This document shows, in pieces, positions 25,161 through 38,946 of a stretch of DNA of 64,000 nt. The stretch spans positions 92,169,147 through 92,233,146 of the forward strand of contig JASCQW010000190.1 of the NCBI GenBank assembly GCA_030264375.1. The letters run 5' to 3'. The DNA is from Carcharhinus longimanus. Lineage: Eukaryota. A program made the translations under genes and the position numbers. The notes under the pieces were generated by a model, which was not told the DNA's origin, did no database searches, and was given only the letters and a program-made list of their open reading frames with translations. Numbering within the stretch: position 1 is the stretch's first letter; each line of letters starts with the position of its first letter.

Positions 25161-25789
25161 TAGCACGTGTGAAGGGCCAACACTAGATAGATAGAATATT
25201 TAGGCACTTAAAAGTCTCATATTCACATGTTTTTATTCTCACTCATTTTGAAGGCATTTTTATTGACACCAGTAAATATTATTTCACCCACATCTGTGAC
25301 TAATTTGTCTCTGATTAGTCTCTAACAAGAAAGTACTTACCCCGACAGTCACCGGAGAGACCCTGCACATTGATGTCAGTGAGGGAGGCCCATCAACACA
25401 TTGCTACTGAAAAAATCAAGGTGCTTAAAAATTCGCCAGCTAGAGCAAGTGGCAAGCATTGGCAGCAACTTACAACATCTGCCCTGGCATCCCCAGAACC
25501 TATGATATAATCCCTCTGCAACCCCACCTTACCTACCCTGAGGCCCTGCATGGAGATTCAGCGCTCCCTTACACACCACCCAGGTGTGGGCTCAGGTGCA
25601 TGTGGAACTCAGATAGGAGTCAGACTAGTTTGCACCAGGGCATCATCACAATGTCGCTTAGTCAGTTGGCATCACCCTCCTGCCTGCCTAACACAGCATA
25701 CCCAGGCCCATCTGATATTACAATGTTGCAGGAGATTATAGGACTCCAGTGGTGGGGGAGCGGGGGGGAGAGGAATGGAATCCGTGTGT

Positions 25790-27003
25790 GGCAACACAGA
25801 CTCTTATTGAGCAAAGCGTGTGGTGATCAGGGCCTCCCTCGCATGCCTGACTCTTGCTACCTGCTGGGCAGCCTCCTCTCCACCAACTCCCGGCTACTTG
25901 GCCTCCATGTCCTCCTCCTCCTCCTAGAGCTCCCCGCTGCTGTGCCAGGTTGTGTAGGGCACAGCACACAATGACAATATGGGACGATATCACGGGGCTA
26001 TATTAGACAGGCCCAGGCACCTGAACCACATTTTCAGGAGGTCTATGCAATGCTCCACTTTTGAAAGGGTGTCAACGTGGGCCTCATTATATTGGGTCTC
26101 CGATGTGGGCATCAGTCTCAGGCCGCAGCACAGGTGATATCAGCCAATTCGGAAGCAGATACCCCAAGTGTCCCATGAGCCAACCCTGCATGTGGGCTCC
26201 TCCTCAAAGAGCTCCAGGATATCGGAGCTCGTCAATATAAAACCGGTCATGCACGCTGCCGAGGTATCTGGTATAGATGTGCATGATATTCAGCTGATGG
26301 CACACACCAACTGCACACTTATCAAGTGGAAGCCCTTTCTGTTCATGGATCTTCCTGGATTCTTTACCGGGGCCTTGAGGGTGACATGGGTGCAGTCTAT
26401 TGTCCCTTACGCATTTGCCATCCTCATGATGGCTGCGTACCCTGCAGCCTAGACTTCCTGCTGGGCCTGGTCCAGATCAAATTTAATTACTGGCCACTCG
26501 GTGATACAGGGCATCTGTGACCTCCCTGACACGCTTGTCGATGGACGGTTGACGGTTGGAAAATATCACAAAGATCTCCACTAGTGATCAGGAAAGACCC
26601 AGTGACATAGAAGTTTAAGGCGGCTGTCACTTTCACAGCCACCAAGAGTGGGTGCCCCACTGTGCCCCAAGGTGCCAGGTCCTGCAACAAATGGCAGACG
26701 TGTCACACTGTCTCCTTTTGGAGCTGGAGATGTCGGCAGCATGCAATGTCTGACAGTTGCTCAAAGGACACTCGCATGTGGAATGGCTGGTGTCTCTGCT
26801 CACTTCTTTTCCTGCTTCTCCGCTCCCCCCCCTCCCGGGGTGAATGGCAGCCACCTCCTGCCTCCTGTGGCCATCTCCCTCAACTCCTGAGAGTGGTAAG
26901 GCCTGGGCCTTCCCCATCCACAATTCATCCTCTTGCTCCTTCTCCTCAGCTTCAGCAGCAACCAAAAGAACAGCAAATCAAGGGGTTGCATCGCAACACT
27001 CAT
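25790..27003 (-). pseudogene. PIF/Harbinger transposase pseudogene 2
   Basis: Minus-strand motifs VAVKVTAALNFYVTGS, GTIDCTHV, MNRKGFHLISVQLV, RYLGSVHD, GWLMGHLGY..WLISP, ETQYNEAH, VEHCIDLLKMWFRCL and IVIVCCALHNLAQQRG. The frame is shifted. Confidence 0.92.
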
Positions 27004-27979
27004 CTCGTCACTCTGAAGAGGGGGTGGAATTTGGGGAAGGGGAGATACAGATGGAGAGATTAAAGACCTCTGCTCACCCCCAGCCCAACAGCACAGCCCC
27101 TCCCCCATATCCCCCCACAGACCCCCAGCAACACATACTCCCCATAACCCCAACATACCCCAGCAACACATTCTACCCACACTGACCCCCAGCAACACAC
27201 ACTGCCCACACCCCTCACAAACATCAGCATGGCAGCCTCCCCCCACCCACCCCCACTTGCAAACACACATGAAGCCATGCAGTAGTGGCCACAGACACTG
27301 CTGCTTGACAAGTCCTGAGGCTGCAACATTGCCACTTTAGAGAGTTTCCAGCCCGTCTCCCACCAGCAACAGTGCATCCAACGCTTTGACCCAGGCCCGT
27401 CCTGAGAGGCCAAAGTCAAACCCCATGAACAACAGCAGTCTTCCACTCCTCCATGTGCTCGAAATACAAGGCTTCCCATGAAACAACCCCCTCCCCATGC
27501 AGCAGTGAGCAGTTTGAAAGCAGACATTTACCTCCACGTTCACCCTCTCTGCTCAAGCGCCTGAATGTGATTTTTATATTTGAGGTGCTTTCCTGACTGA
27601 TCCAGCTGTAGCAAACAAGGTGGTTAAGACAGGAGAGCTGGGACAATTGGGAGTGAAACTCAATAATTACATTGTGACAAATACAAAAAAATGCAAATTA
27701 ATGTTTCACCCATCAATTTGGGTGGAGTCCCAATCACGCTGAATGTTTTGTGTGATAAACTTGGAATGTGTGGGGCAACAAGCGCCATTCCCGCCGGTTG
27801 AACATAAGAACATAAGAAATAGGAGCAGGAGTCGGCCATCTAGCCCTTCGAGCCTGCCCCTCCATTCAATAAGATCATNNNNNNNNNNNNNNNNNNNNNN
27901 NNNNNNNNNNNNNNNNNNNNNNNNNNNNNNNNNNNNNNNNNNNNNNNNNNNNNNNNNNNNNNNNNNNNNNNNNNNNNNC

Positions 27980-28990
27980 AATATCTTTTCCCAAAGATAG
28001 GGGAGTCTAAAACAAGAGGGCATAGGTTTAAGGTGAGAGGGGAGAGATACAAAAGTGTCCAGAGGGCCAATTTTTTCACACACAGGGTGATGAGTGCCTG
28101 GAACAAGCTGCCAGAGACCGTAGTAGAGGCGGGTACAGTTTTATATTTTAAAACCTTTTTAGGATAGTTACATGGGTACAATGGGTGTAGAGGGATGTGG
28201 GCCAGATGCGGGCAATTGGGAGTAGCTTAGGGGTTTTAAAAAAAAAAGGGTGGCATAGACAAGTTGGGCCGAAGGGCTTGTTTCCATGCTGTAAACCTCT
28301 ATGATTCTAATGATTCCTCTAACCTCTCCTCATAGCTAATACTCTTCAGACCAGGCAACATCCTGATAAACCTCCTCTGTACCCTCTCCAAAGCACCTAT
28401 ATCCTTCTGATTGTGTGGCAACTCAAATTGTACACAATATTCTAAATGAGGCCTAACAAAGGCTGCAGCATGACCTGCCAATTTTTATACTTGATGCCCC
28501 TACTGATGAAAGCAAGCATTCTGTGTGCTTTTTGACTACCTTATCCACTTACGTTGCCACTTTCGAAGATGTGGACATGTACACCCAGATCCCTCTGCCT
28601 GTCAATAATCCTAAGAGTTCTACCATTTACTATATAATTTCTATATGCATTGGACTTCCAGAATGCATTATCTCAAACTTGTCCAGATTAAGCTCCATAT
28701 GCCATTTCTCCACCCAAGCCTCAACTGGTCTATATCTTGCTGTATCTTCCGATAATCCTCTTCACTATCTGCAACTCCACCAATTTTTGTGTCGTCTGCG
28801 ACCTTATTAATCAGACCAGCTACGTTTTCTTCCAAATCATTTATATATACTGGAGACAACAAAGGTCCCAGAACTGATCCCTGTGGAACACTGCTAGACA
28901 CAGCCTTCCATTTAGAAAAGTAGCCCTCTACTGCTATCCTCTGTCTTCTATGGCCAAGCCAGTTCTGTATCCATATTGCCAGCTCTCCTC
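27980..28990. mobile_element. Two tail-to-tail CR1 fragments (+ 27980-28300; - 28315-28990)
   Basis: Minus strand reads VPQGSVLGPLL..YINDLE..ADDTKIGG and RPHLEYCVQF..LERVQRRFIRMLPG. Plus strand reads TRGHRFKVRG. Confidence 0.88.
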
Positions 28991-29344
28991 ATAGCCTCCC
29001 ATAGCCTAAAATACTTTCTAGTTAGATGCATTGGCCATGCTAAATTCTCCCTCAGTGAACTCAAACAGGTGCCACATTGAGGCAACTAGGGGATTTTCAC
29101 AGTAATTTCATTGCAGTGTTAATGTAAGCCTACTTGTGACACTAATAAATAAACTTTACAAACTTCAGGCCCCCCTCAGCCTACTCTGCTCCAAGGAAAA
29201 TAACCCCAGCCTACACAGTCTCTCTTGATGGCAGCACGGTGGCACAGGAACTGCACAGTTGTTGGCACCTGCTGCCTCAGCACCACAGGTTTCATTCTGG
29301 CCTTAGGTAATTCTCTGTGTGGTAAGAGCTACTTAGGGGTGGCC

Positions 29345-29690
29345 CGGTGGCACAATGGTTAGCATTGCTGCCTCACAGCGTCACCAACCTGGCTTCGACT
29401 CCCTGGTTTGGGTCACTGTTTGTTTGGAGTTTGCACATTCTCCCAGTTTCTGCGTGGCTTTCCTTTGGGTGCTCTGGTTTCCTCCCACATGCCAAAGATG
29501 TGCATATTAGGTTGCTTGGCCCTGCTAAATTGTCCGTTAGTGTCAGTGGTGTGGTGGGGTGGGGGGGGAGGAGTGGTGGTGGTGGTGAGTAGGATAAATA
29601 AGAAAGGTTATGGGGATATGGCTGAGATTGTGGTTGGTGCAGACCTTTAGGGCTAAATGGCCTTCTTTTGCACTGTAAGGATTCTAGGAG
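29345..29690 (+). mobile_element. HE1-like V-SINE, near full length
   Basis: A-box/B-box-like head ggtggcacaatggttagc...gcttcgactcc, V-domain and a CR1-like tail. Confidence 0.85.
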
Positions 29691-29835
29691 AGTCAGTGCA
29701 AGCTAGATGGGCCAAATAGCCTCCTTCTGTATTGTAGGGATTCTATGATTCTCTGATATAGCTTTGCCCATTTTTCAAACAGGAATAAGTAATAAGCCCT
29801 GGTCTGTGAAGGGCCATAGGCACCATTCTCCCCTA

Positions 29836-29874
29836 CACAGAGAGACAGAGAGAGAGACAGAGAGAGAGACAGAC
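29836..29874 (+). repeat. (GA)n/(GACA) microsatellite
   Basis: cacagagagacagagagagagacagagagagagacagaca. Confidence 0.9.
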
Positions 29875-29999
29875 AATTGTTTATATGTAGCTTGAGGTCA
29901 CGATTCCACAAACGTGGGGCAAGGCAAGAAACAGAAAATAGGTGCAGGAGTAGGCCATTTGAGTGGTAGACTTCCATGAACTACCCAGTCCATGTGGAG

Positions 30000-31870
30000 A
30001 TTGAACTTACGTAGTTGGCATAATTGTAACTAATATTTCCAGTCTTTCGGTACTCTGGCATCTGCTGCCTAAGTAGATACGATTTGAATATTTTGGCTCG
30101 AGCCTTCACAATTGCAACCCCGACTTCCTTCAGTAACTGAGGATACTTCCCATCCAGAGTGGATGACTTTTCTGCTTTGAAGACTATCAACCTCTAAGAA
30201 AATCTATTTTATCTCTTTATTCTATCTAATGTTGCCACTGTCTCCTGCTTCACTGCTACACTAGTGGAATCCTCTGCCCCAGTGAAGATAGATGCAATGT
30301 TCTGATTTAATATGTCAGTCATACCCTTTGCCTTCATAAAAATATCTCCTTTTTGGTCTCGAATCAGTTCACACTTGCTTCAACTACTCTTTAACTATTT
30401 TAATTCTATTTTATGTTAGCCACTAATTTAATCTCAATCTCTCTTTGCCTCTCTTATTCCCTTTTTAAGACTTTCTCCGTACTTCTTGTAGTCACTCTTG
30501 TTCTCCACTGCATTGTGAATGTTATATTTGTTGTAAGCCTTCTTTATATATGTTAACCTTTGTCTCTTTAGTCATCCAAGAAGCTCTACTTTGGATGTCT
30601 CTCCTTTCCATCCATGGGAATGTGTCTATTATGTAGCTGAGCCACCTCTAAATTTTTAAATTTTCTTCATTTATTTACATCATTGGCTAGGCCAGCATTT
30701 ATTGCCCATCTCCAACTGCCCTCAAGAAGATGGTGATGAGCTGCCTTCTTGAACTGCTGAAGTCCATGTAATGTTGGTACACCAACAGTGCTGATAAGAA
30801 GTGTTCCAGGGTTTAGACCCAGCAACAGTGAAGGAATAGCAATATATTTCCACGTTGGGATGATGAATAAGTTGGAGGGGAAATATCAGGTGATGGTGTT
30901 CCCACGTGGTGTTGCTCTTGTCCTCCTAGATGGTAGTGATTGTGGGTTTGGAAGGTTGGAACATTGGTGAATTCCTGCAGTGCTTCTTGTAGATGGTAAA
31001 CACTGCTGCCACTGTTCATTGGTGGTGGAGGGAGTGAATGTTTGTATAAGGAGTGCCAATCAAGTAGGCGGCTTTGTCCTGAATGGTGTCAAACTTCTTG
31101 AATGTTGTTGGACCTGCACTCATCCAGACAAATACAGACCATCCCATCAAACTCCTGACTTGTGTCTTGTAGGTGGTGGGCTGTTCTTGGGGAGTCAGGA
31201 GGTGAGTTACTCACCACAGGATTTCCAGCCTCTGACCTACTCTGTTAGCCATAATATTTATATGGCTTGTCCAGTTCATTTTCTGGGCAATGGTAACCCC
31301 TAGGATGTAGATAGTGGGGGATTCAGCGATGATAATACCATTGAATGTCAAGGAGTGAAGACCAGGAAATGGTCATTGCCTGGCACTTGTGAGATGTGAA
31401 TTTTACTTCCACCTATTAGCCCAAGGTTCAATATTGTTCAGGTCTTGCTTTATTTGGGACTGCTTCAATTATACCTTCACCAAACATTCTTGATTCTATC
31501 CATCTGGTCCTGCCCCCTTTTTAAACATACTGAAGTTACCCCTCCTCCAATTAAGTGCTTTTATGCTTAATTGCATAACTATTTTAACCCTGATGATATT
31601 ATGATCACTGTTCCCCAAATGCTCTATTAAAATATGTTTCACTTGCCTTGAATTAGATCCAGCACTCTTCATTCTCTTTGGATTGGAAACAAAAAATTCT
31701 CTTGTACACATTTCAGGAATTCCTCCACCCTATTTTCTGTATAGTGTTACTATCCCTGAGGATAACTCAATTCTTCCATTAACACTAACTACAGTTCCTA
31801 TATCTTTCTGTATATTTATTGCAAATTTTCTCCTCTACCTCCTCCATCCTATTTGGTTGCCTACAACATA
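30000..31870 (-). mobile_element. Old CR1 relic interrupted by a second CR1-group 3' fragment (30680-31470)
   Basis: EHLGNSDHNIIR..LNWRRGNF (endonuclease end) and DGKYPQLLKEV motifs. The insert is the reverse complement of the 16.1 kb family. Confidence 0.65.
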
Positions 31871-34800
31871 TATTAGTATTGTAATAAAAATGTTAACTCA
31901 TAAGTACACAGTACTTAAAAATGCTGGAGAGTTTTTTTTGAATATTTATATATTTCGTGACCAACATAAACCTGATAATCATATTTCACAGCGAACAATT
32001 AAATAATTGGTATCAACTGAGTCTCCATTGATTTCATGAGATTTTCCATAATGGAATTTTGGAAACTTTCCAGAAACTCTTAAGATGAACATACCTCAAC
32101 CAGAAATAATTTCATAAGTGCTTACAAATCTGTAATTTTATATTTCTACTAGGAAAGAGAGAAAAGACAAATAAAACTTTCAATCAATTATTAATATGGA
32201 AAAATTCCAACATCAAATCATATGAAATATTATATTTTTGAGCGTGAATGTTAAAGGTATGGTGCTTGTTTCTAAATTCATCAGAGATCTATAGATTTGA
32301 AAAATAATATCAGTAATGATTCCTGGTATACGTCTGGCTCAGCAGTCATACAAAAAATCCATCTACAACAATATGTCAGGCATACAGTATCTGTTTGCTA
32401 ATCAAATCCTGTGTCTAATCTCAAGGACACTTGATTGTATGTTCAGATAGGTAATTTAAACCTCCAGTGATAAGAAGACATTATGAGCACTCAGTGCAAT
32501 TTTATCTCCCCACATACAAAAAGATTGAAGGTTTGAAGAAAGTTCAGAGAAGAGAAAAATAGATGTACAGGTAAATTATTTAACTCAGATCACAATTCTA
32601 GGAAAGCAAAAATAAATGATGAAGCTGGAAGAGCATGATAAATTTTAGCATGAACAGTACGGGGAATGGATTCCAGCAAAAATAATTGATTGCTTCAAAA
32701 CAGAGCTAGATAAATGTCTGTTTAAAAATGGCTTGATGCTAAACAGCCTTTCAATCATTATAGATCTGGTTACTTGATGTAAATGAGTGGTGAAAGTCAA
32801 TATTTCCAGTTAAATGTCTAGCTCCTTGTTTTGCCTATGCATCGCTTGCTCTGATTGGCACATATCCTCTACTTGTATATTTTGCTGTAAGTACAGCCAC
32901 CATATTGTCTGTTGCTGTTGGACATAAAAGCCAAGCAATTCTATGAGCGGCGCATGCTCCTTACCTCATTGCTAGTGGGCTAACCACATCTGAAAGTTAG
33001 GTCTAGTGATTGGTAACTCAACAGGCAGACCCCAGCTCCTTTACCTCAATGGCATCATGTGCTATTTCAAAATACAGTGGCTACCAGAAATCTGTAATAA
33101 AGACAGATAATACTGTAAATACTCATCCAGTCAGGCAGCTTCTATTTGGAAAGAGAAACATAGTTAACATTTTAAGTTGCTGACATTTCATCAGAGCCGC
33201 TACTTTGCTGATTAGTGATCCAAGATCATTCAAAGAATGACTTACTACTCTAGCCATGTGTAAGACTGTATATATCTGGATAAGCCTTTGTACCTGTATT
33301 TATATTTAACCCATAACGTAGTAAACATCCTGTATTTTGTATTCTACCATAACCTCATTCCAAATTTGTTCCATTTTTGAGGCATTCTGTTATACATTCT
33401 TCTCCCTGGCTAAGAACCCAATTTGCTAGTTATTGCCATGACTGGAATTGTATAAAAGATCAGGTCAAGAAGTGGTAAATGTTCTGCCTTGAGAATGTAA
33501 ATTGTCTTTCAAGTAAGTGAGCCTAACTGTTCATGGGTATTGATGGAATTATTGGGAGTAACTGTTTCACAGGGTCACATTTTTCATGTTAGGTACAAAA
33601 TTCTTTTTGATTAGCAATCTGAAATTGAAATAAAAATAATTCACATGTTTTGCCCATTGTATTCAAAATTTAATGTAAACTGGGACCAAGTTATCAATTT
33701 CACCTGGAATTGTTATAAAATTGGGAGTTAAAGGAAATGGTAACACTGTGTGGTGTTCTGCAAACTGAGATATGGAATGCTGTTCATCCAAAGTGAAAGT
33801 AACATTACTCTGTATCCGACCATTATTAAAATGTATTTTAAAAATGTTGTATGAATCAAAGTCAGACGTGTCTTATATGTAACGCATTTTTCCACATATA
33901 TTGGCATCTAACAAGGTCAGGAGTATTCACAGAACTTTAGCATTAACACAAGTCTTTAATTCCACTTTCACAACAACACCTACTATTGCAAAGTGTAGAT
34001 GTTTCCACTTTCAACATCACATTTTTTCATTGCCACACCACATGGGGCGGCTAATTTAGTCCCGATTTACATCGAATTATGCATTCTTTCATGGTGGAAC
34101 ATCTAATCTGACAGCTGTTCTTGACATGCAACTGTCTATTTCATAATTTGGTTAATAAACAAATTGGATGCAGTGTTTTGATACAGTGACATAATAGGCT
34201 GAGAGGCGACCCTGAACTTAAATGTGCACCAACTCCTTCATGTTTAAATGGTTTTGGTTTTCAAAGGATGATTTCTAATAAAGTAGAAGGCTATGAAGAG
34301 ATTTAGTAGGTATTTGTAAAACAACAAAGGGTTTGGCTAATATAAAAAGGGAAAGGCTATTTTCTCTAGCTGGGGATTCTTAATCAGGGGTTGTCAATTT
34401 AAAATCGATAATAAGAAAGCAAGGATTAGAGAAAACACTGGAATCTATTATCAGGGAGTGCTGAAAGAGCAGTTGGAGAATTATAAATATAATTAGGCGG
34501 AGTCATCACAGATTTACAAAGGGCAAATCTGTTAGTGATTTGCGATTGCAATTTAGCAAAGTAGATAAGGGAAAGCCAGTGGATGCAGTGTAAGATTTTG
34601 GGGTTTCAAAGTATAAAACCCTTTCAATTAAACTCTCAAAGTTCAAAAGTCTTAATTTTTAACACTAGAGTCCTCAGTTGTACATAAGAACATAAGAACA
34701 TAAGAAATAGGAGCAGGAGTAGGCCATCTGGCCCTTCGAGCCTGCCCCGCCATTNNNNNNNNNNNNNNNNNNNNNNNNNNNNNNNNNNNNNNNNNNNNNN

Positions 34801-37019
34801 NNNNNNNNNNNNNNNNNNNNNNNNNNNNNNNNNNNNNNNNNNNNNNNNNNNNNNATTCAATAAGATCATGGCTGATCTGTCATGTCTCAGTTCCACTTTC
34901 CGGCCCTCTCCCCATAACCTTTAATCCCCTCCTCTTATCAAAAACCCATCAACCCGCTTCTTGAAAATATTTAGCGAGGCAGCCTCCACCACGTGCATGA
35001 CCTAATCAGGTATGAATAACTAGTATTTACGAGTCAACTAGAATTTGTTGCACAATATGTTACATATACTTCATAAAACACAGTGAAGCCAACAGGAAGT
35101 TTCTCATTCCTCACGTTCTTAGGATTCCTTGAGTGTTTCAAGCACAATGTCTTTCTTTCTTACATCACTGAAATGATGCTAAACATACCCCAGAATCCAT
35201 GATAAGACTGTCAAAGATTCCAATTCTCCAACTTTTATCCACATTTCTCATTATTCCAGAATCTCTTTTTTAGAAATAGTCCAAATCTATTGGCTTAAAC
35301 TGTGAGTCATATGTCGTAGCCACATCTCTGCAACTACAGTGATGTAGATTAAAGAAAAATGCCCATCTCTTTCCTCCTTGGCTTCGAGAGTTTATATTCC
35401 ACTGGAAATAAATATTTCAATAGATGGCACAGTGGTCAGCGCTGTTGCCTCACAGTGCAGGGACCTGGGTTTAATTCCTGGCATGGATAACTGTCTGTGT
35501 GGAGTTTGCACATTTTCCCCATGTCTGCATGGGTTTTCACTGAGTGCTCAGGTTTCCTCTCACAGTCCAATGATGTGCACTTTAGCTGAATTGGCCACGC
35601 TAAATTCTCCCTCAGTGTACCCAAACAGGTGCCAGAGTGGGGAACTGAGGGATTTTCACAGTAACTTCATTGCAGTGTGAATGTAAGCCTATTTGTGACT
35701 AATAAATAAACTTTACTTTACACTTCTTTTAAATACAGAACCATGAAGGGTAAATGTTAATAACACTTCCTACATAATGTCAGAAAAGAATGAAATGTTT
35801 TCCTCTTCTGCCCAATGAATATGGTTAATCAATTAAATCAATGCACAGGTTTTGTTTAAAGATATTTTCATCCTAAGTTCAAGCTTCAGTCATTTCTTCA
35901 AACACAGAGCTGCTGAATCCAGATTCTCAGATAACATAAATTCATAAAACCATTAAATATAACTAATCAGAAGCCACATCCTCCCTGTTTTCTGACTAGC
36001 AAAAATTCAAAATGAAGCATTTAAGAAGTGGTTAACAATGAAATCTATAGATAATACAGACCAACAACAAACTGTAAAAAATAGTATTAGTGTATTTGGA
36101 TAGTCAGAAAGCATTCAAGGAAAATACAGGAACGTAAGAAATAGGCACAGGAGTAGACTTTACCGCCCTTTGAGTCTATTTTGCCATTCAATAATATCAT
36201 GGCTAATCTTTTACTTAATTAAATTTTTCCATTATAGTCATCTTTCTCTTCATTCCCTTTATCATAGAGTCATAAATGGTTATCGTTCAGAAGGAGGCCA
36301 TTTGAATATTTCCATCTGTACCAACTCTTAGAAAGAACAATGTAGTTAATTCCTCTTCCCTGCCCTTTTCCCTTAACCTGGCAATTTTGTTTTATCTTCA
36401 GATGCTTGTCCAATTCCCTTTGGAAAACCACAATTGAATCTGTCTCCATTATCCTGTCAGAGAATTCCAGATCCTAACAACTTGTGGTGTCAAATAATTT
36501 TTCCACATATAGTCTTTTTGTTCTTTTACCAATCATCTTAAGTTGGTGTGTATTGGTTATTGACCATGTTCCTGATGACAACAAGTTCTCTCTATCCACA
36601 CTCTCTCTATACTCCTCATGATTTTAAACTGCTCCATCAAATCTCCTCTCCACCTTTTCTTCTCCAAGGCCCAAATGTCAATGGTCTTAGTCTTGAATAT
36701 AATCAATAATTACCCTTCTGGAGTAGTACATCAAAATAATACATAGAACATAGAACACAAACAGGCCCTTCGGCCCACTAGTTGCACCGATCACTTCTAT
36801 ACCTACTAAGCCATAGACCTATCTATAACCCCNNNNNNNNNNNNNNNNNNNNNNNNNNNNNNNNNNNNNNNNNNNNNNNNNNNNNNNNNNNNNNNNNNNN
36901 NNNNNNNNNNNNNNNNNNNNNNNNNNNNNNNNAATTAGGTCACCTCTTAACCTTCTTCTCTCTAACGAAAACAACCTCAAGTCCCTCAGCCTTTCCTCAT
37001 AAGACCTTCAAACAAGGTG

Positions 37020-37975
37020 CCTACAAGGTGCCGCACCAGAGGTTTTAACACAAAAGTATGGCTGACTGGGGGTAATAGCATGGATTGAGGATTGGTCAAT
37101 GGACAGAAATCAGAAAGTACAAATAAACAGGGCATTTCAGGTTGGCAGATTCTAATTATCAGTGTCCACTAATCTATATCGTGTCTTAGATGAGGGGAGC
37201 AATGGTAAGTTATCCAAGTTTTCTGACAATACAAAGTTAAATCAATGGCAAGGATGACAGAGTCTGCAAAGGGATATAGACAAGTTGCATGAGTCAGCAT
37301 AAACATGGTTGATGGAATACAATGTGAGGATACATGAAGTTATCCATTTTGGAAATGCATATAGAAAAGCAGAACATCTTTTATATGTTAAGAAACTGAA
37401 AATTGTTGGTGTTCAGAGGAATCTGCATGTCCTTGTACATGAATAGCAAAAAGTTAACATTCAGGTAGAACAAGAAATTTGGAAGCAGTAGTACATTAAT
37501 TGCTGTTACAAAGGGATTAGGATACACAGGTGAAGTTGCTTAAGTGGAATTGTATAGATCCTTGGTATATGAGGCCATTCCTGGAGTACTGTGTGCGGTT
37601 TTAATCCCCTACCCAAGGTTGGATATACAAGCACTGGAGAGAATGTAATGAAGATACACTGGACTGATTCCTGGGAGGAAGGGATTGCCTTATGAGCAGG
37701 GAATGAGTAGACTATACCCATATTCTCTAGCATTTAGAAGAATGAGGGGTCAGCTAATTGAAACATATATATTTCTTAAGGGCTTTGATAGGTAGATGCT
37801 GGGAGGATGCTTAGCCTGGCTGGGGAATCTAAAACATGAAGTCACGGTCTCAGAATAAAGGATTGGTTATTTAGGACCGAGATAGGGAGACATTTCTATT
37901 TGAGACAACCCAAAGATACTCAGGGAGATGGGGTGGTGCAGAAAGCTGGAGTTAAGGTAAAGGATCAACTATGAT
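37020..37975 (+). mobile_element. Degenerate CR1 RT fragment
   Basis: Motifs resembling YKVPHQR, SKFSDNTK, WLMEYNV..EVIHFG and LEYCVRF. Confidence 0.8.
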
Positions 37976-38933
37976 TATATTCAGAACAGGCTCGAAGGGC
38001 TGAAGGCTCCTGCTCTGACCAAGACCGCAAGAAACTACAAAGGGTTGAGAACGTAGCCCAGTTCATCACGCAGACCAGCCTCCTATCCATTGACTCTGCC
38101 AACGCTCCCCACTGCCTTGGAAAAGCAGCCAGTATAATAAAGGACTCCACACGTCCCAGATATACTCTCTTCCACCTTCTTCCGTCATGAAAAAATACAG
38201 AAATCTGAGATCGCGTACTAATTAATTCAAGAACAACTTCTTCCCTGCTGCCATCAGACTTTTGAATGGACCTACCATATATTAAGCTGATCTGTCTCTG
38301 CACTCTAGCTGTGACTGTAGCACTATATTTTGCACCTTCTCCCCTATATCCTGGTCCCTCCATGCTATGAATCATATGTGTTCCAATACATGTGACAATA
38401 ATATGTCAAATCAAAGAATGTGCTTCTTCTCATTTCTTTTGTGCATATGTTGTTCTGAGAGAGGTTAGAAGAAATGTATTTATAAAGAGAGTATTGGAGC
38501 AAGGAATGTGATAATTGAAGAAAAGACCATTGCATTTTTAAACAAAGATTCAATAAATATTTCAAGTAATGAATGATACAAGGGTTCAGGGAAAGAGCTG
38601 TGCAATATCATTAATTTTGGATTGCTCAAGCAAAGACTTAGCACAGACTCAAAGGTCAAAATGGTACTCTTCAATGTTATAAAATGTTATAGTTGAATCA
38701 TTATCCACTGCTGCATAAAATGAAGCAGAATTTGAACAAAAGGTTAAAACATAAAATCAACGATTGTTTGAAGCGTTTCCACCCTGAACAACGGTATTTA
38801 AATATAGCTTTGATGAAATCAGAAAATTTGTCAAACAAGTTGCAGTTTTTGTATTATTATCCTGAACAATTTGTTGTCAGCAAATGTTAATTGCCAAATT
38901 GAAAAGCGCTTTAATTATTCATTTATTGTGTTG

Positions 38934-38946
38934 CCACAAGGTGGCA
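38934..38946 (+). promoter_or_regulatory. CTCF-like motif in unique intergenic DNA
   Basis: CCACAAGGTGGCA fits the CCACNAGRKGGCR core. Confidence 0.3.

Larger units (their letters stand above)
24190..27800 (-). mobile_element. Harbinger DNA transposon 2 (two-gene autonomous-type relic, truncated)
   Basis: GC-richer block holding the convergent transposase and partner ORF. It is bounded by a Rex1 fragment on the left and a CR1 tail on the right. Confidence 0.7.

Noticed and set aside
22347-27003. Domesticated HARBI1 gene
   Set aside because: Both copies are frameshifted and have lost catalytic residues, so they are transposon relics.
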